Positions 45,162-58,900 of a stretch of DNA of 64,000 nucleotides are shown piece after piece. Each line of letters starts with the position of its first letter. Position 1 is the first letter of the stretch. A program made the translations under genes and the position numbers. Source of the DNA: Trichoplax sp. H2 (lineage: Eukaryota); the NCBI GenBank assembly GCA_003344405.1, contig NOWV01000145.1:62001-126000 (forward strand). Direction: 5' to 3'. The notes beneath the pieces were generated by a model that did not search any database, was not told the DNA's origin, and saw only the letters and a program-made list of their open reading frames with translations.

Positions 45162-48100
45162 ATGGCGACGAATATTAATACCTTGAATTCTATAGAACTG
45201 CATCGACCTACTGTAAGTTTTGCTAAACTGTAGTAAGTAAAATATAGTTTTACATGTTTTATTTATAAAATCTTTAAATTAAAGCTGCATATATCGACAA
45301 AAATGTAATTTTTATACGCTTTAATGAAGTTAGTCTTTGTAAGAGTAATCAAAGCATACTAAGATATTAAAATCGATAGGAAAATGTTAACATAATAAGG
45401 ATTGGAATAGTTTAAAATATATGCAAGATCTTCAAATTAAAGTTGTCTATATCAACAGGAATATAATTTTTATACATTTTAATAATGAAATTGATCTTTG
45501 TAAGAGTTAGTAACCATACTTAAACACTGAAATCGATAAAAAGAGTGTTAATATTATAAGAATTGGAATAATTTAAAATATGTATGTAAGATCTTCAAAT
45601 TAAAGGTGTCTATGTCAAGAGAAAGGATATTTTTATACGTTTTAATAAAGTTAATCTTTGTAAAAGTAAGATCTTTAGACTCTGAAATCGACAGAAAAAC
45701 ATTAACATTATAAGAGTCGGAATAGTTTAAAATATATATCAAATCTTTAAATTAAAGCTATCTATATCAACAGCAATCAGGAAGGTCATTTTTATATATT
45801 TTAATGAGGTTGATCTTTGTAAGATTAAGTAAGCATATTAAGATACTGGAATTGACAGAAAAGTGCTAATGTTCTAAAAATTGTAACAGTTCAAAATCAC
45901 ACATGAAAAGTGTACCGCAAATTTCCAAATAATTTCAAGGTCTAATGTAACCCTTATTTATTTATAGTATACTTTTGCTGATATTTACGTGGCTGCTTCT
46001 GAAGGAAATGAACTGAAAGTGGCTAATTATGCGAAACAAAATATTAATAAAGTTTGCTCACGCACAACCATGTCATTCTCATTTAATTTTGTAAGTTACC
46101 GGAGTAATTATCTTTATCGATTTAATAATGATCCCATCTATTACAAGGGTTACCGTCTTATTAAGCATAATTTTTAATTCAAACTGTAGGAGGAAGGAGA
46201 CACAGCTGTTCATTTAGCGTGTAAGAAATCAGATGCTAAAGCTTTACGATTATTATTTCAATATGGTGCCGATCCAACCAAGAACGATGTGAGTTATCGT
46301 AGATAAACGCATAAATTATGACGCCTTTCCTTACCAAAGCTCATAATAGTTTATCCCGTTAGTTATTTAGTTAATAACCAGATCTATATAACTAGGTTGT
46401 CGACAATAAACAAATAAATTATAGCATCTTTCCGCATTAAAGTACATAAAAATTTATCTTATTATTTACTAAGTTTCTTAATTTAGTTACGTCTAGAACT
46501 ATATTAGTAAGTTGTTGGAGATAAATGCATAAATTATAATATCTTATTCCGCATTAAAGCATATGATAGTAAGTTATATTATTTACTTAATCTCTCAACT
46601 TAGTTATATCTAGATCTATATTACTACCGTAGAACATACAGTTGTACATCTCTGTAAAAAGTGATTCAGAATATATCGGGATTTTAATTTATACTTTTCA
46701 ATGATATTATAATATCGTATATATATACAGTTGCCCGGCTAAGGGCGATATCTTATATTATTGCTTGTGGACTGGCAGAAAACATGAAAATCTAAATAGA
46801 TCGCAAGTTGTTTGGATCTTTTAGTGCAGTCTAGGGAATTGATATCAGTACAACAGCTGTATCTGTTCACGACTTGATCTTATGCAAACTTAGACCTCTA
46901 CTCATATATGATCTATTCTTACACTCTATCGCTTATAATCAATCATAGGCACCATTTATATCTAACTATAAAGCTTTGAATCAGTTTATATAATGCTTCA
47001 ACCATCACTCTAAATAAAATTTGACTTAATATGGATAAAATTATAGCCAATTCAATATGCTGTTGGCCATGGTAGAGTAGAAATTTTACAAATCTTTCAT
47101 GACAGAAGTTGTAGTTTGGATTATTCATCATCAGTGAGTTTTGGATACCTTGAATATCATTATTAAATTAGATAACGTACTTTAATACTTTTAATATTAT
47201 TGTGAAATTTATAGGATGGCAGTACTTTAATGCACATAGCAGCAAAGTATGGCAAAAGCGAAAATTTACTATGGTTAATGCGTCATGGACTTGAAGTAGA
47301 TCCGAGAGATCTGGTAAGAACAATCAAATATAATATTTCAATCGTAAATTCAATAAGTTATTCAAACAGTGGTAAATTATATAATTTTTACTTTAATCAA
47401 GTTGTAAATATTTCAAATCTAACTGCAATTTCATTTATGTCTATATGTAATAATAATTTATGGATAACATGCTAATAATAAAGTAAAATAATTTATCGCA
47501 ACAATGATGTACCATAAGGTATTAATAACATAATGAATTCTAAACAATTTTATTTGTGCTAATATAAGATACGCAGTTGTAAGTATTATCATAATCATTC
47601 TAATTAGAACAAAATATTCAAAACACTGGTAAAATATTTTTCGTATAGTTAAATTACTATAAGTAACTTTATATTTACGGATATATATATAATAAGGTAG
47701 TACGTAATTATAATAAAATTTAGTTATAAATTAGACTAAAGTATTCAAAGAGTGATGTCTATAGAGACTGTTTATGTACAAATTAGTTCTTTTTCTTATT
47801 ATTTTCTGCCAGAATGAAAGAACTCCACTACATATTTCGATTTTAAATGGTTTCTCGAGGACGGCTAGAGCGTTATTGAACTGCAAGGCCGATGTTAATG
47901 CGTTAGATAAGGTGGGTACCGAAGACAAAACTGCGTCAACGCTGGTTTCTTCTATTCTTTTCACCTTCTCATCATATCAAAAAAGTGGAATAATGTTCAT
48001 CTCCTCATTTAGTTTGGCAATACTCCTCTCCATTTAGCTTTCTTACATGCTTATTATGGAGCCATAGTGCCGGTTCTACTCGAATATAATGCCGATATGA

Positions 48101-50940
48101 CCATTTTGGGAAAGGTATAACTGTAAAGTTAATATTATTTTATAATAGCAGATATATTTCAGCTAGCTATACATAACAATACTGTACTCTACGGCATATA
48201 TTTTGATTACAAATTGACCCATTAATCAAAACAGCCTTGGAATGTTTTTTGGTTCTTTCTCTCGCAGAATAAGGACTCTGTGTTACATAAGGCCACAAGG
48301 AAAGGATATATGAAATTGTTAACAGTTTACAAGAGTCTTGGCCATGACTTAAATATAGTAAATGAGGTAAGGAATAGATCTCAGATGGCAGTTATTAACT
48401 ATTTAGGTTATAAAACAATATATTTGTAATAAGGTCGTAAAGTTTATAGGATATAATCAAATTATATGAGTATTAAGATATCTTTATATTTGCCTTAAAA
48501 ATCAGCATATGAAGTATCAAACTAAAACCATATTTATAGTGATTAATAAATCTCAACGTAAGAACGGAAGTACTCACAGTGAATTCATTTCTTCCGCGCT
48601 TTATTACTATACTTGTGTTCAAATAATTTAATGGAACGATTGATTTAGTAATTAGTATGATATCGATAGCTTGAATAGAAAATCAAATTTAGGGATTTCT
48701 AACCTTTATCTAATACATTCATTGATTATCAGTGGCAGAACAAAATTATTCTTAGAATAGGTTATATCATTTTGGCTCTTCTATAGGAAGGAATTACACC
48801 TCTACATGTTGCTGTGTCCTGTAAAGAGATTCAAATCATGGAATTTCTATTGAAGAATGGTGCTAATCCAAATTGCTTAGATACGGTAGAGATATTTGAT
48901 AATATTATAATTCAAGATTGTTATTCAACAAATCTAAGCAGGGATATTGCATATTTACCGTAGTTATATTATGAATACTTTTATAATTTTACAAAGACAC
49001 ACTAAAATATTATTGAATACGAAAACTTATAGCTAGTTAAGTGCATTACAATGCATTACTTTGGTAGTAGAATAGAATTGATCAATTAATAATCAATCGT
49101 ATAGCACCTTATTAATGGTAATAAATGGCAGCTACACGACCTGTAATTGTTATTTTAGAGCTCAGTATTTAAGCTTTAAGAGATTTTTATGAAGAGTTTA
49201 TATTAGAAATACACATCTATCAAATTGAACGCTTTTACCTTTAGTAGTTAATAGCACAAATAAATGGTTATCTAGGTGAAAGAATAAATATATATCTTAT
49301 TGCTATTTTGAAACAGTCATTTAATATTTACTAGTATTTTAATGATTAAATTGATAAAATACCGATAATATATACAGTAGTTTAATAACTACATATCTTG
49401 TAAATATCATTATAACTTGCGATAACGTTCTGTTTAAGAAAATTTATAGCGATTAAATATTACGTAATTTAAGTAATTGCACCTCCATTTATAATCTTGA
49501 AATGCCTTACCAAACCTAGTATTTATTTAAAATTTATGTTAATAAAACAATGTGTTACTTGCTGTAGATGTAGAAAGTACCCAATTATATAGCTAATTTT
49601 ACCACCAAATTCTTGCTTTTCAGAGCGGAAGATCTCCACTTTATTTTGCTGTCCATTCATGCTCACTGCAAGCTATTAAATTGCTCCTTCATTATAATGC
49701 AAATCCAAATATCACCTGTTGTGTAAGCTATTCGCTTTTGCTAATCTGGTAGCTTCATCAATTTATGTTGTCTTTTGCTAAATTGTGACATCTGGTGAAA
49801 TTTCATGCAGAAAAAGACCAACGTTCCTCATACGCTTGGAGATACTTTATTACATCTTGCAATAAAAAATGGATCTTATGAATGTGCTCAGCTGTTGCTT
49901 GCTAAAGGAGCCTTTGTAAACGGATGCAATGAAGTAAGATAAATACTGTCAGATTAAGAATTAGCCTTCCGAGCTATCGTCTCATACCTACTTCATCTGC
50001 TCAATTTTAATTGTAATAGTTAATATTTGGTGCTGCAATTCTAAGCTGCTACAATAAATTTATGTAGGCTGGATTTACGCCATTGCATATTGCTATTAAA
50101 AAACAAAATATTAAATTAATCAAGTTACTTCTGGATCGAGGAGCCGACTGCAATCAGCAAGATGACGTAAGTTATTTTAAAATAACTTACGCAAGATTGC
50201 TGGATATTAATATTAATAAGTATTCTTACTGGTACCTATTAAGAAATAGATTTTCTTATTATTTGGATAGATATCTCTTTCCAGTTTATGTCAATTTAGG
50301 TCTTTCTAAGTACAAATTTATTATTCGAATTATTATTGCTAAATTTAAAAAGTGTTTTTAGTATTTGTGTACATATATTTTATACACGTGAGCCTGCCAA
50401 CGGATAGTTCAGGAATTCCACCCATACCATAGAACGATGCATTATAGTTTACTCATCTACCTCTCCATGTCCATATAAAATAACTCTTGACTTGGTCTTA
50501 CTTTTCCCTTTAATGATAAGATATTCAAACTAGGAATAGTTGCATTTATAAGCTATGGTGAGATGAAATTAAATAATACATCTTACTATATTTTCACTTT
50601 ATAGCGGGGCAATACTTCCTTACACATAGCCGTTAGAGATGGCAATGTACACATTGTTGAAATCATCTTAGAAGTTGGTGGTAATATTGATGCTCTTAAT
50701 AAGGTGAAAATAAGGATAGAACCTTTAGAAATATTTTGAAAAAATCTCACTAATGCTTAATATGATATTAGATGGATTGAATCAAGGTAGAATGACTGAT
50801 TTTTGTCATATTTTATCTTGACTTGATAGTCTTCACAGACTTCTCTCGATTGCGCAATAGAAAGGAATGATGACGAGGTTATTAGAAGGTTAGTTGAAGC
50901 GATTGAAAGTTCACAGGAGAAACGAAGTCTGCAATTATGA
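45162..50940 (+). CDS. Ankyrin-repeat protein: 10 full repeats plus partial terminal repeats, no other domain seen
   Basis: Exons 45162-45212, 45968-46051, 46190-46288, 47215-47313, 47813-47911, 48013-48114, 48268-48366, 48787-48885, 49624-49722, 49811-49933, 50068-50166, 50605-50703, 50830-50940. Repeats include GDTAVHLA, ERTPLHIS, GNTPLHLA, GITPLHVA, GFTPLHIA and GNTSLHIA. All introns are phase 0 GT-AG. The start codon is tentative. Confidence 0.9.
45268..45895. repeat. Degenerate tandem repeat, period about 150-165 bp, 4 copies, in the first intron of the ankyrin gene
   Basis: atctt(t/c)aaattaaag...tttttata...tttaat(g/a)a...tctttgtaa...aaatcga...ggaata(g/a)tttaaaatatat recurs from about 45270, 45428, 45591 and 45743. 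Confidence 0.85.
46395..46625. repeat. Local duplication of about 120 bp in an ankyrin-gene intron
   Basis: taaattata...atctt..ttccgcattaaag...ttattt..actt...ttagtta..tctaga.ctatatta occurs twice, at about 46414-46508 and 46530-46624. Confidence 0.65.
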
Positions 50941-53900
50941 ACTCTATTGCCAGTGTCTCCACCCAGAAAGGAAGAACAATATTGTATTTCCCAATATTTA
51001 CGACAAAGAAATGAAATTAAATTTACTGTTGTGAAATATATTACTAGTATCGCATGACAATCAGAAAGACCGATACATTATCTTTATAATTACGGCGAGA
51101 AATATTTTTTATTACTTACGACAAAAAAAGGAATTAAATTTGTTATCGTGAAATTTTATATTCAGTACATTATCCTTTATAGGTACAACAAAGAGGAATG
51201 AAATTTTGTTACATGTAGTTAGAGTAATAGGGAAATTTATTACTATGTGGTATATTGAGCTGCTATTACATTATTTTTATGCATGGATATCGAAGATATT
51301 CTAGTGGATTTACTTAAAATACTAATTTAATTACCACATAACATCCAAACAGCGCTATTGATATATTAAACCGTCTAAAGGAATAAAAACACTTATCATC
51401 ATCTCTGAAAAGTTTGTCAAATTTGTACTACTATACCTCTCATTACAAATACTTTCTTACAGATTTTATTTATTTAAAGTATCATTTCTTATTCCTATAA
51501 ACTGCGTCTTTGGAAAATCGAATTTTCTAATGAAGCAAAAATACTTGAAATACTCTATGCATTTACTTAAAATTGTAATTCCTCATACCATAAACTGCAT
51601 ACGCAGTATATCAAATGAATTATCTAAAGGACTAAAAATGCTTATCGTAACATCTGTAGAGATTACTGATTTGCTGCTACAGGGTCTTTTTATGTGGGAA
51701 ATATCCAGTATATTCTGATTGGCTTACGTGATTAAGATATTAATTTTTCTATACCCCTATACAATATCCTTAGCATATTAAATTGTTGAAAGAAATGAAA
51801 ATATCGCAATATCTACAGAACTTAAATTATTAATCTCTAGCTTCGGATCATCTTATGCTTGAATATCAGATATTTTTTCACAAATTCACCTAAAATACCT
51901 ATTTTCTGACGTCTTAAGAGTCTCCTTGATATATCATATTGCCGAAAGAAATAATATCTATATAATATATTCTAGAGAGCTTTTATCAATTTTAAGTTAC
52001 CGAATCTTTTATATGCATGAGCTATCTTCAAACAAAACCATTCATCAGCGAAGACTTTTTGAAATCTTAATAGTATGCAATTCAGATTTAAACAATAAAC
52101 TCAATTTTAAATCTATGACTGCAAGCAATTTATTTCAAATGAAGAGTAATTATATGTAATCATCATTGAAGAAGCAATCAAAAACTAGGGCCGTATATTT
52201 TAGTGTTGAACACAATTTATATTTATATAACTGATTTATGCTAGAAACTGCTTTTTGAATCAAAGATCAGTATCCCTGAAATTCATGGTGAAATGCTTAG
52301 AGTACAAGATTTTAATTCTTATATTAAAGTCTGTCAGTTTACAGTTATAATCGTTTTCATGCTGGTACTGATTTCAAATAAGAAAGTGTTCATAAACCAC
52401 GATAGAAGGCCATAATGAAGGTAGAAGTAGAATGATGTAGATTTAGTAAATACAACATAGTACGTATAACATGCCTAGTAACTCTGATATTGGGTTACAA
52501 TCATCAAAGCTAATAAAGCTACTATTTCCAACGTAGATTCAATAAAATAGAAATGGTATGTGCAACAAGCATGATAAATATGATATTATGTTGCAATCGT
52601 CAAAGCTAATAAAAATTATTATTTTAACAGCCCATTTATATTGCGTTGATATAATTTATGACCACAGAATAATGATGTCGCTGATCATGCCATGAGATCG
52701 GTATTAAAATACTCATTCGTAGATCAACTTAGCATTAGATTAATGATGATTACTTTTAGCTAAAAGATTGATTCTTTCATTGATTTGCATAAATGGCATG
52801 ATTTGTTGTTGCAGAAAGAAATCACATGATTTAAATCAATAATAGCATAGGAGTATCCTATAAATTATATAGACAATTATTATTTATTATTATTTCATTG
52901 TTCTCCTAGATATCATTATTAATTGAAAAAATTTCGGTGATAACCGATCAATAAAATAATACATAAGCATCAAAATTCTACACGAAATTAAACGGAAAAT
53001 GAGTAACGGATTGTTATCTTCTTTCTTTAGAAGGCATAATGAGACAGTATAGCATGGATTAACGGGAAAGAGGATCTTTTCGATCTAGCCTACGGCTAAG
53101 TTTCCGGTGAAAAAAATGCTGAAATTAATGCTCAATTAATGGACGATATAATTGCTTTCTATCGGTTATTGTTTTGTTAATATCATCACCAACGCCTTTA
53201 CTTGTCAAAGAATATTTAGCCGGTAAACAGCATATTGGAATGTATATATTAGTTCTATCAATATAAAAAAAATGCACTATGTAGCTGTAATGTATTTTTC
53301 TTGAGCTTGTTACCATCTCTATCCTAGTTGAGGCTGGCTAAGAAACTAAAATTGATAAGCTAGAGCACAAGCTATTTCTGACAAAGCAGATACTATCATA
53401 TTGACGAACATCGTCGTCATTCAGTATAATTATTTACTATCATACATTGCTATCATTTTTAAATTTCTCTGTAGGTGTTGAGGTCATTTTGATGATTCAT
53501 TATTTTAATTACTGGAATAAAATCTACATTATGGGTATACTGTAGATAATATACATGTTTGTTATTCATCATGCCTTTGCGTAGAACTGTCTTGTAAATT
53601 ACAAAATAGAATTCTAGTGATGGTACTACATGTCATTATTGTTCTACTTTGTGAATCTGTTCGTGGAGATCAAATTTTCTTAATAAGTTATTCCATTTGC
53701 TTTACCTTCCGTTGGAGTTAAGTAATGACGGAAAATCATCACCACATCCACTTATTTCATGCTCGTATAAATAACTATTATCTATTCTTGTCAACAGTAC
53801 TAAATGTGCTGTATAACTGCTATGCAAAGTAACTAATTATAAAGTCTGATTGAAGATGCTGACATGTATGAAATAGATACCCTATTTACTCATTTCCGTA

Positions 53901-54769
53901 CGTCAGTCAATTAAATAATCTCCGCTTAATTTAAGCAAGGGATAAACACCTTAGCTAGGCACTATTTTTGACTACATTCCAATTTATTTCACTTGCAAGC
54001 ATACGACCATAATATCTCTATTCCGTACCTCATTGTGCTTTAAGGTTAGGTTATTCTGCTTATTTGTTAAAAGTGTTTAATTCCAATAACTTACTCAAGA
54101 TCATAAACCATGATCTACAAAAGATCTTACAACTTGATATCGTGACCTCTGTATGCAAATTACTTCGTCCTGACCTTTCCGCACTTTCTTAAAGTCTTCT
54201 ATACTTTACACCTTACAATTGACGTCATAAAAAATTTATCAAGATCGAAAAATGTAAATCATTGATGTATATATCCTTATATTATTAGCAATTCGTTGTA
54301 CGGTAATGAAAACCCATTTAACTTCTTTGCAATCCATTTAATTATTTAATGTAGTCCATTTTACTACCAGAACAGCATTATTCCATTAGAATAGAGAATC
54401 TATTATTATACAATACCGATCCATATTGAATACTATAGTTAGAAAGTCGATGCATTAACCATTATTAAAAGCACTCTTCCAATTTTATAAAATCGTAAGG
54501 GATCCATATTTGATCATATTGCAAAATCTTGAGACTTGAATTGTTCCGCATGTATAAAGACTTTTCCATTTAGTCTATTTTAACGCAGTTAAAAGGGTAT
54601 TGTGTGACCTTTTTGCATTTATCTACATTTAATATCGTTAATTATATTACTCATACACTACAATAATTCAACATCCATAAGGATAATCCACTATACTGAA
54701 TAGATCCATAGTAAATATATTATCCTGTAGCAACAAAAACGTCGCTATCTTTTTCGTGGCATATCATAG

Positions 54770-55210
54770 CTATTTTTATTCTAATGCCTAGGCATGCCAA
54801 TGGATTGTATTCCAATTTACTTTAATAATGCGACTCATATAGAACTGAAAGAGGAGCTATCACTCTGGCAAAGCTATCATTTACCCTCTATAATACTCTC
54901 CTATTTTATTTTAATGCCAAAAGATACCACTAGATTGTATTCCAATTTATTTAATAACACGACACATCTAGAACAGAATAGGAGCTATCGCTCTAGTAAA
55001 GTTATCATTCACCATTGGGATACCATTTGATTGTATTCCAATTTACTTTAATAATGCGAATCATCCAGAACTGAAATAGGAGTTGCCTCTCTACTAAAGC
55101 TATCATTATCATCTATAATGCTCTCCTACTTTATTCTAATACCTAGAGATCCACACTTGATTGCATTCCAATTTATTTTAATAATATAAGGCAAATAAAA
55201 CTGAAACATT
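54770..55210. repeat. Degenerate tandem repeat, period about 100-130 bp, about 3.5 copies, upstream of the KIAA1549-like gene
   Basis: gattg(t/c)attccaattta(c/t)tt(t)aataa recurs at about 54803, 54933, 55029 and 55159, followed by agaac(t)gaa..ggag and aagctatcatt. Confidence 0.85.
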
Positions 55211-55966
55211 CGCTACTATTCAAATTAATATAACTAAGTGTATATAGCCATCATTCATCAGTCGTAACCATGATGTGATGAACGCCTTCGGGATTTTTGG
55301 AATGAAAGGCCTCCAAAAGTGAAATTTCTCCCTGTATTAATACTACCTCGCATTAAAGCATTACTCGATGCTATACTGTAGTTACCTTCTTTCTATTTTC
55401 CATTATTACAGTACATTAATAAAATGGACAATAGATGAGAGCGCGGCAAGGCTATAGATAGACCAGCCATTTTGGGTAAGCTATTTCTACCTGACTAGCA
55501 TAGTATTGATACGGATACAATAGAGCAAGTAGTATACTGAGCAGTTTCTCTTTCGAATCTACTCTTGAACTGTATAGAATAACTGGAGAATACGTCATAT
55601 TAGATGCACCCGCAGTCCTGCGCAAAATCCATCATATGACTGTACAGTGTACAGTACTATATATTGTAAAATTCGATTGCATCTTACTATCAAATTCGTT
55701 AAGAATTACAGTACAAAATATTGTAATAAGAAAATTATACCGTAGCAATGAAAAGTGCGATGACGGCGTTATTTTTGGCCATTGCCATGGTAACGCATCC
55801 ACATCAGCCCGTGCTGGGCTGTACTAGCGGTTATATTAAAGTGCTGAAAGGATACAAAGACTTGATATAAAGTCTTTCAGATAACTAAGGGCAAGCATTT
55901 TTTCCATGAAATTCTATCATTCTAAGTTATTTGCTTACTGAAGAACTTGATGCCGCAATTAGTGTT

Positions 55967-58900
55967 ATGAAATTACAATCTGCTCCCTTCCGAATTCGAT
56001 CCAATCCCCACATCATGATGATAGCATTAGTCTATCTTTGGATTGGATTATGCATACCTCATGCAGTTGTGGCTCAACAATCATCATTTCAATTACTCAG
56101 CAATGAATTTCAAGGTATTACAGTATAGAAAGTAACTATAATTTCAAGCAACTTATACCGAAAAAATATCGACGTAAAAACAGATACGACATCTACTCAT
56201 AACATCATTAATCAAGAATATAGCCATGATTTTTCGTTGTCATTTTTCCCTTCGCTTTTTTATCGTTTGATTATTTTCTATCTGATATAGAAGAGAGCTA
56301 TTTACAGTGTTCTTTTACAGCTATAAACTATCTTAGAAAAAAATAAATATCAAATTCACGTTTAATGTACCTAAATAAATGCATAATAAAATGGAGTTTG
56401 ACATTAATCGATTTTACTTACTTTTCCCAATATTATTATGCTTAGTACAGAAATTTGTAATAGAATCCTTTATGGACGCTTCATTTCAGTATAAGATGAC
56501 TTATTTTAGTGTTCAGTATCAATAATTGCTTTTAAATCTTAGATTTGTATTACACTCATTTTGTTCACAAGGCGCATATTTTCGACCATTCAACTGTAGA
56601 TCATATTCTTTTCGAAAGTATCAGTTAAGCCCGTTTCCGTAACGTTAACTCTAAGACTACATGGATTTAGAAAGCAGATTAAATTAGTAGAGCGCTTATT
56701 AAGATAGCGATTGGATAGCTTAAAAAATAGAATAGTGGGGATAAAAGGTTGTCGCTAGTTATTAGACTGATAGGTTGGATTATGACGACCGTCTTCCATT
56801 TTACAGCATTATTAGCCAATGCTCTGTTTGTATTGAGTGGGTCTATATGATAAGTGCGTTCGATATTTCAAATTATTTTTAAATCATAAGATTATCAATT
56901 ATGAGTTATTCCTAGCCCTTCTTAGCCTCGTTTTAGTATGAAGCTTGATCCATTAAGGTGATATGCTACTTGTGAAAATTCTCTATTCGATGATGAAAAG
57001 TTTTAACAAACTATCGGACGAAGTCGCGCTAATCTATGTCCTACTGCTGTAAGGATGCATGTGAAGCAACTTAAATTTACAGCACTACTATTTTCGCGAC
57101 CGTTATCTATCTAAGCGTTTTAAAAAGAATTCAGAGACCACTTATTAAAATGCAAATGGGAATGATAAATCTAAATGTTACAGATTTTATTTATCTGTTT
57201 TAATATTGATAGACTAATTAACCTGAAAGATCCCAAGTATTATTGTAATCATATCAAGTAATGTAACTATACAAAATCGTGTTAGCTACTTTTCTATAAA
57301 TGATGATATTTTATTGATGAAGAAATGATTGTTCACCATTTTTCAGAAAAACTTTAGGCTGTACATTCATATAAGTATATGATGTATATCTAGGTTTATC
57401 AAATCAATACTTTACGCTCTAGGCATTATGATATCTAAAGCGTCTTCACATAACGAATAGTGTAACAGTAGCATTTAGCTAGTGGTTAAATTTATTGCAA
57501 AAAATTTCTTACAGAGTAACGAAGGGTTCAAATTACCGATTAGAACTTCTCATACTGAAAATTTCATTATTTCGTAGATGATCGATTTGATAGCTTACCA
57601 CTATCGAAGCATTTTTTTAAAAACTTTATGCGTAATAATTGATTAATACGGTTGATTACTGATTATCCTATTAGTACTATGACTTGAAAGATTTATACCA
57701 TGTTACTAGTATCCAGTTTTGAGGTTGAATAACCTCACCTAAGCTTATATCACATTGTAGAAGGAATCAAATTGATCGAATTTTAACTTCAGCTCTGTTG
57801 TAAATCTAATACGTTATTAATTTTTGTTTTACTATTTTTTCTTTCTGATAGGTTTTAGTTCCATGGATCAATTGCTATCTAGTGATGGCATCAATACAAT
57901 AGCACCATCTAATGAAATCTTTTCAACTATATTCTTGCAAAGCGATGTAATTCAATCACTGGACTTAATCAGTAACGATTTTGATAGCGCAGTAAATCAA
58001 CCATCCATTGATTTCAGTCTCTCTCAACTACCATTAGCCAGTGATTATAGCGTTATTGATACCATTTCGATTGTATCTTCAAATCAACTGTCAAGCGCAG
58101 CTTCTGAAATTAGTCAAACTGTAAGCAGTACGACAACAATTGCAATTCCAGCTGTGAGTGATTTATTATCATCAGCATTTCCTGATCCCTCGTTATCGAA
58201 TCAACTACCTTTGGAATCATCAGTCATTGATCAGTTGATAAGTGAATCACAAGTTATTTTCGATTCTGGAAGCCTAATTTTGCCATCAAGTAATCTTGAT
58301 AGCATCACAGATGTTAGTATTCTAACCACTAGTTATCCACAGGTTACAAGTGATGTTTCATCAGTTCCTTTGCCGGATGGTGGTTTTAGTTTGTATAGCG
58401 ATCCGAACTATTCACAAGTATCGACACAAACTGATTATCAAGTAACAACGTACTATTCCACTGTTTTATCGCCGTCTCAAACCATAACAGACTCTAATTC
58501 TCAGATCTCCATAATTTTGGTCGAATCTGATACACTTACTAATATTATTTCACCGTCATTAACCGACCAAATTGGTCAAACAAGTGGTGATATCAGTGGT
58601 TCCATGATTCCAGAATTTCCATCGTCATTAGTAGTATCAATAATATCATCATCTTCGTCATTATCAGCCATTTCATTGCCATCATTATCCTCATCGCTAT
58701 CCTCATCATTATCATCGTCATCGCTTCCATTGCCATTGTTATCATCGCAATCTTTCTTGTCAGAGATATTGCCCTCATCGCAAGTGCCGACGGATACTGT
58801 CTCATCTATTGCTGATATTTCAACAACTCCGATTATACCAACTCCAATTTTTTCGACTGATCAAGTTTCTACTGATGTCTTAGCATCTCCATCGATTTCA

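Noticed and set aside
50941-54770. Short ORFs in the long intergenic stretch (51530, 51926, 53125)
   Set aside because: AT-rich composition with no domain motifs and no consistent exon chain.
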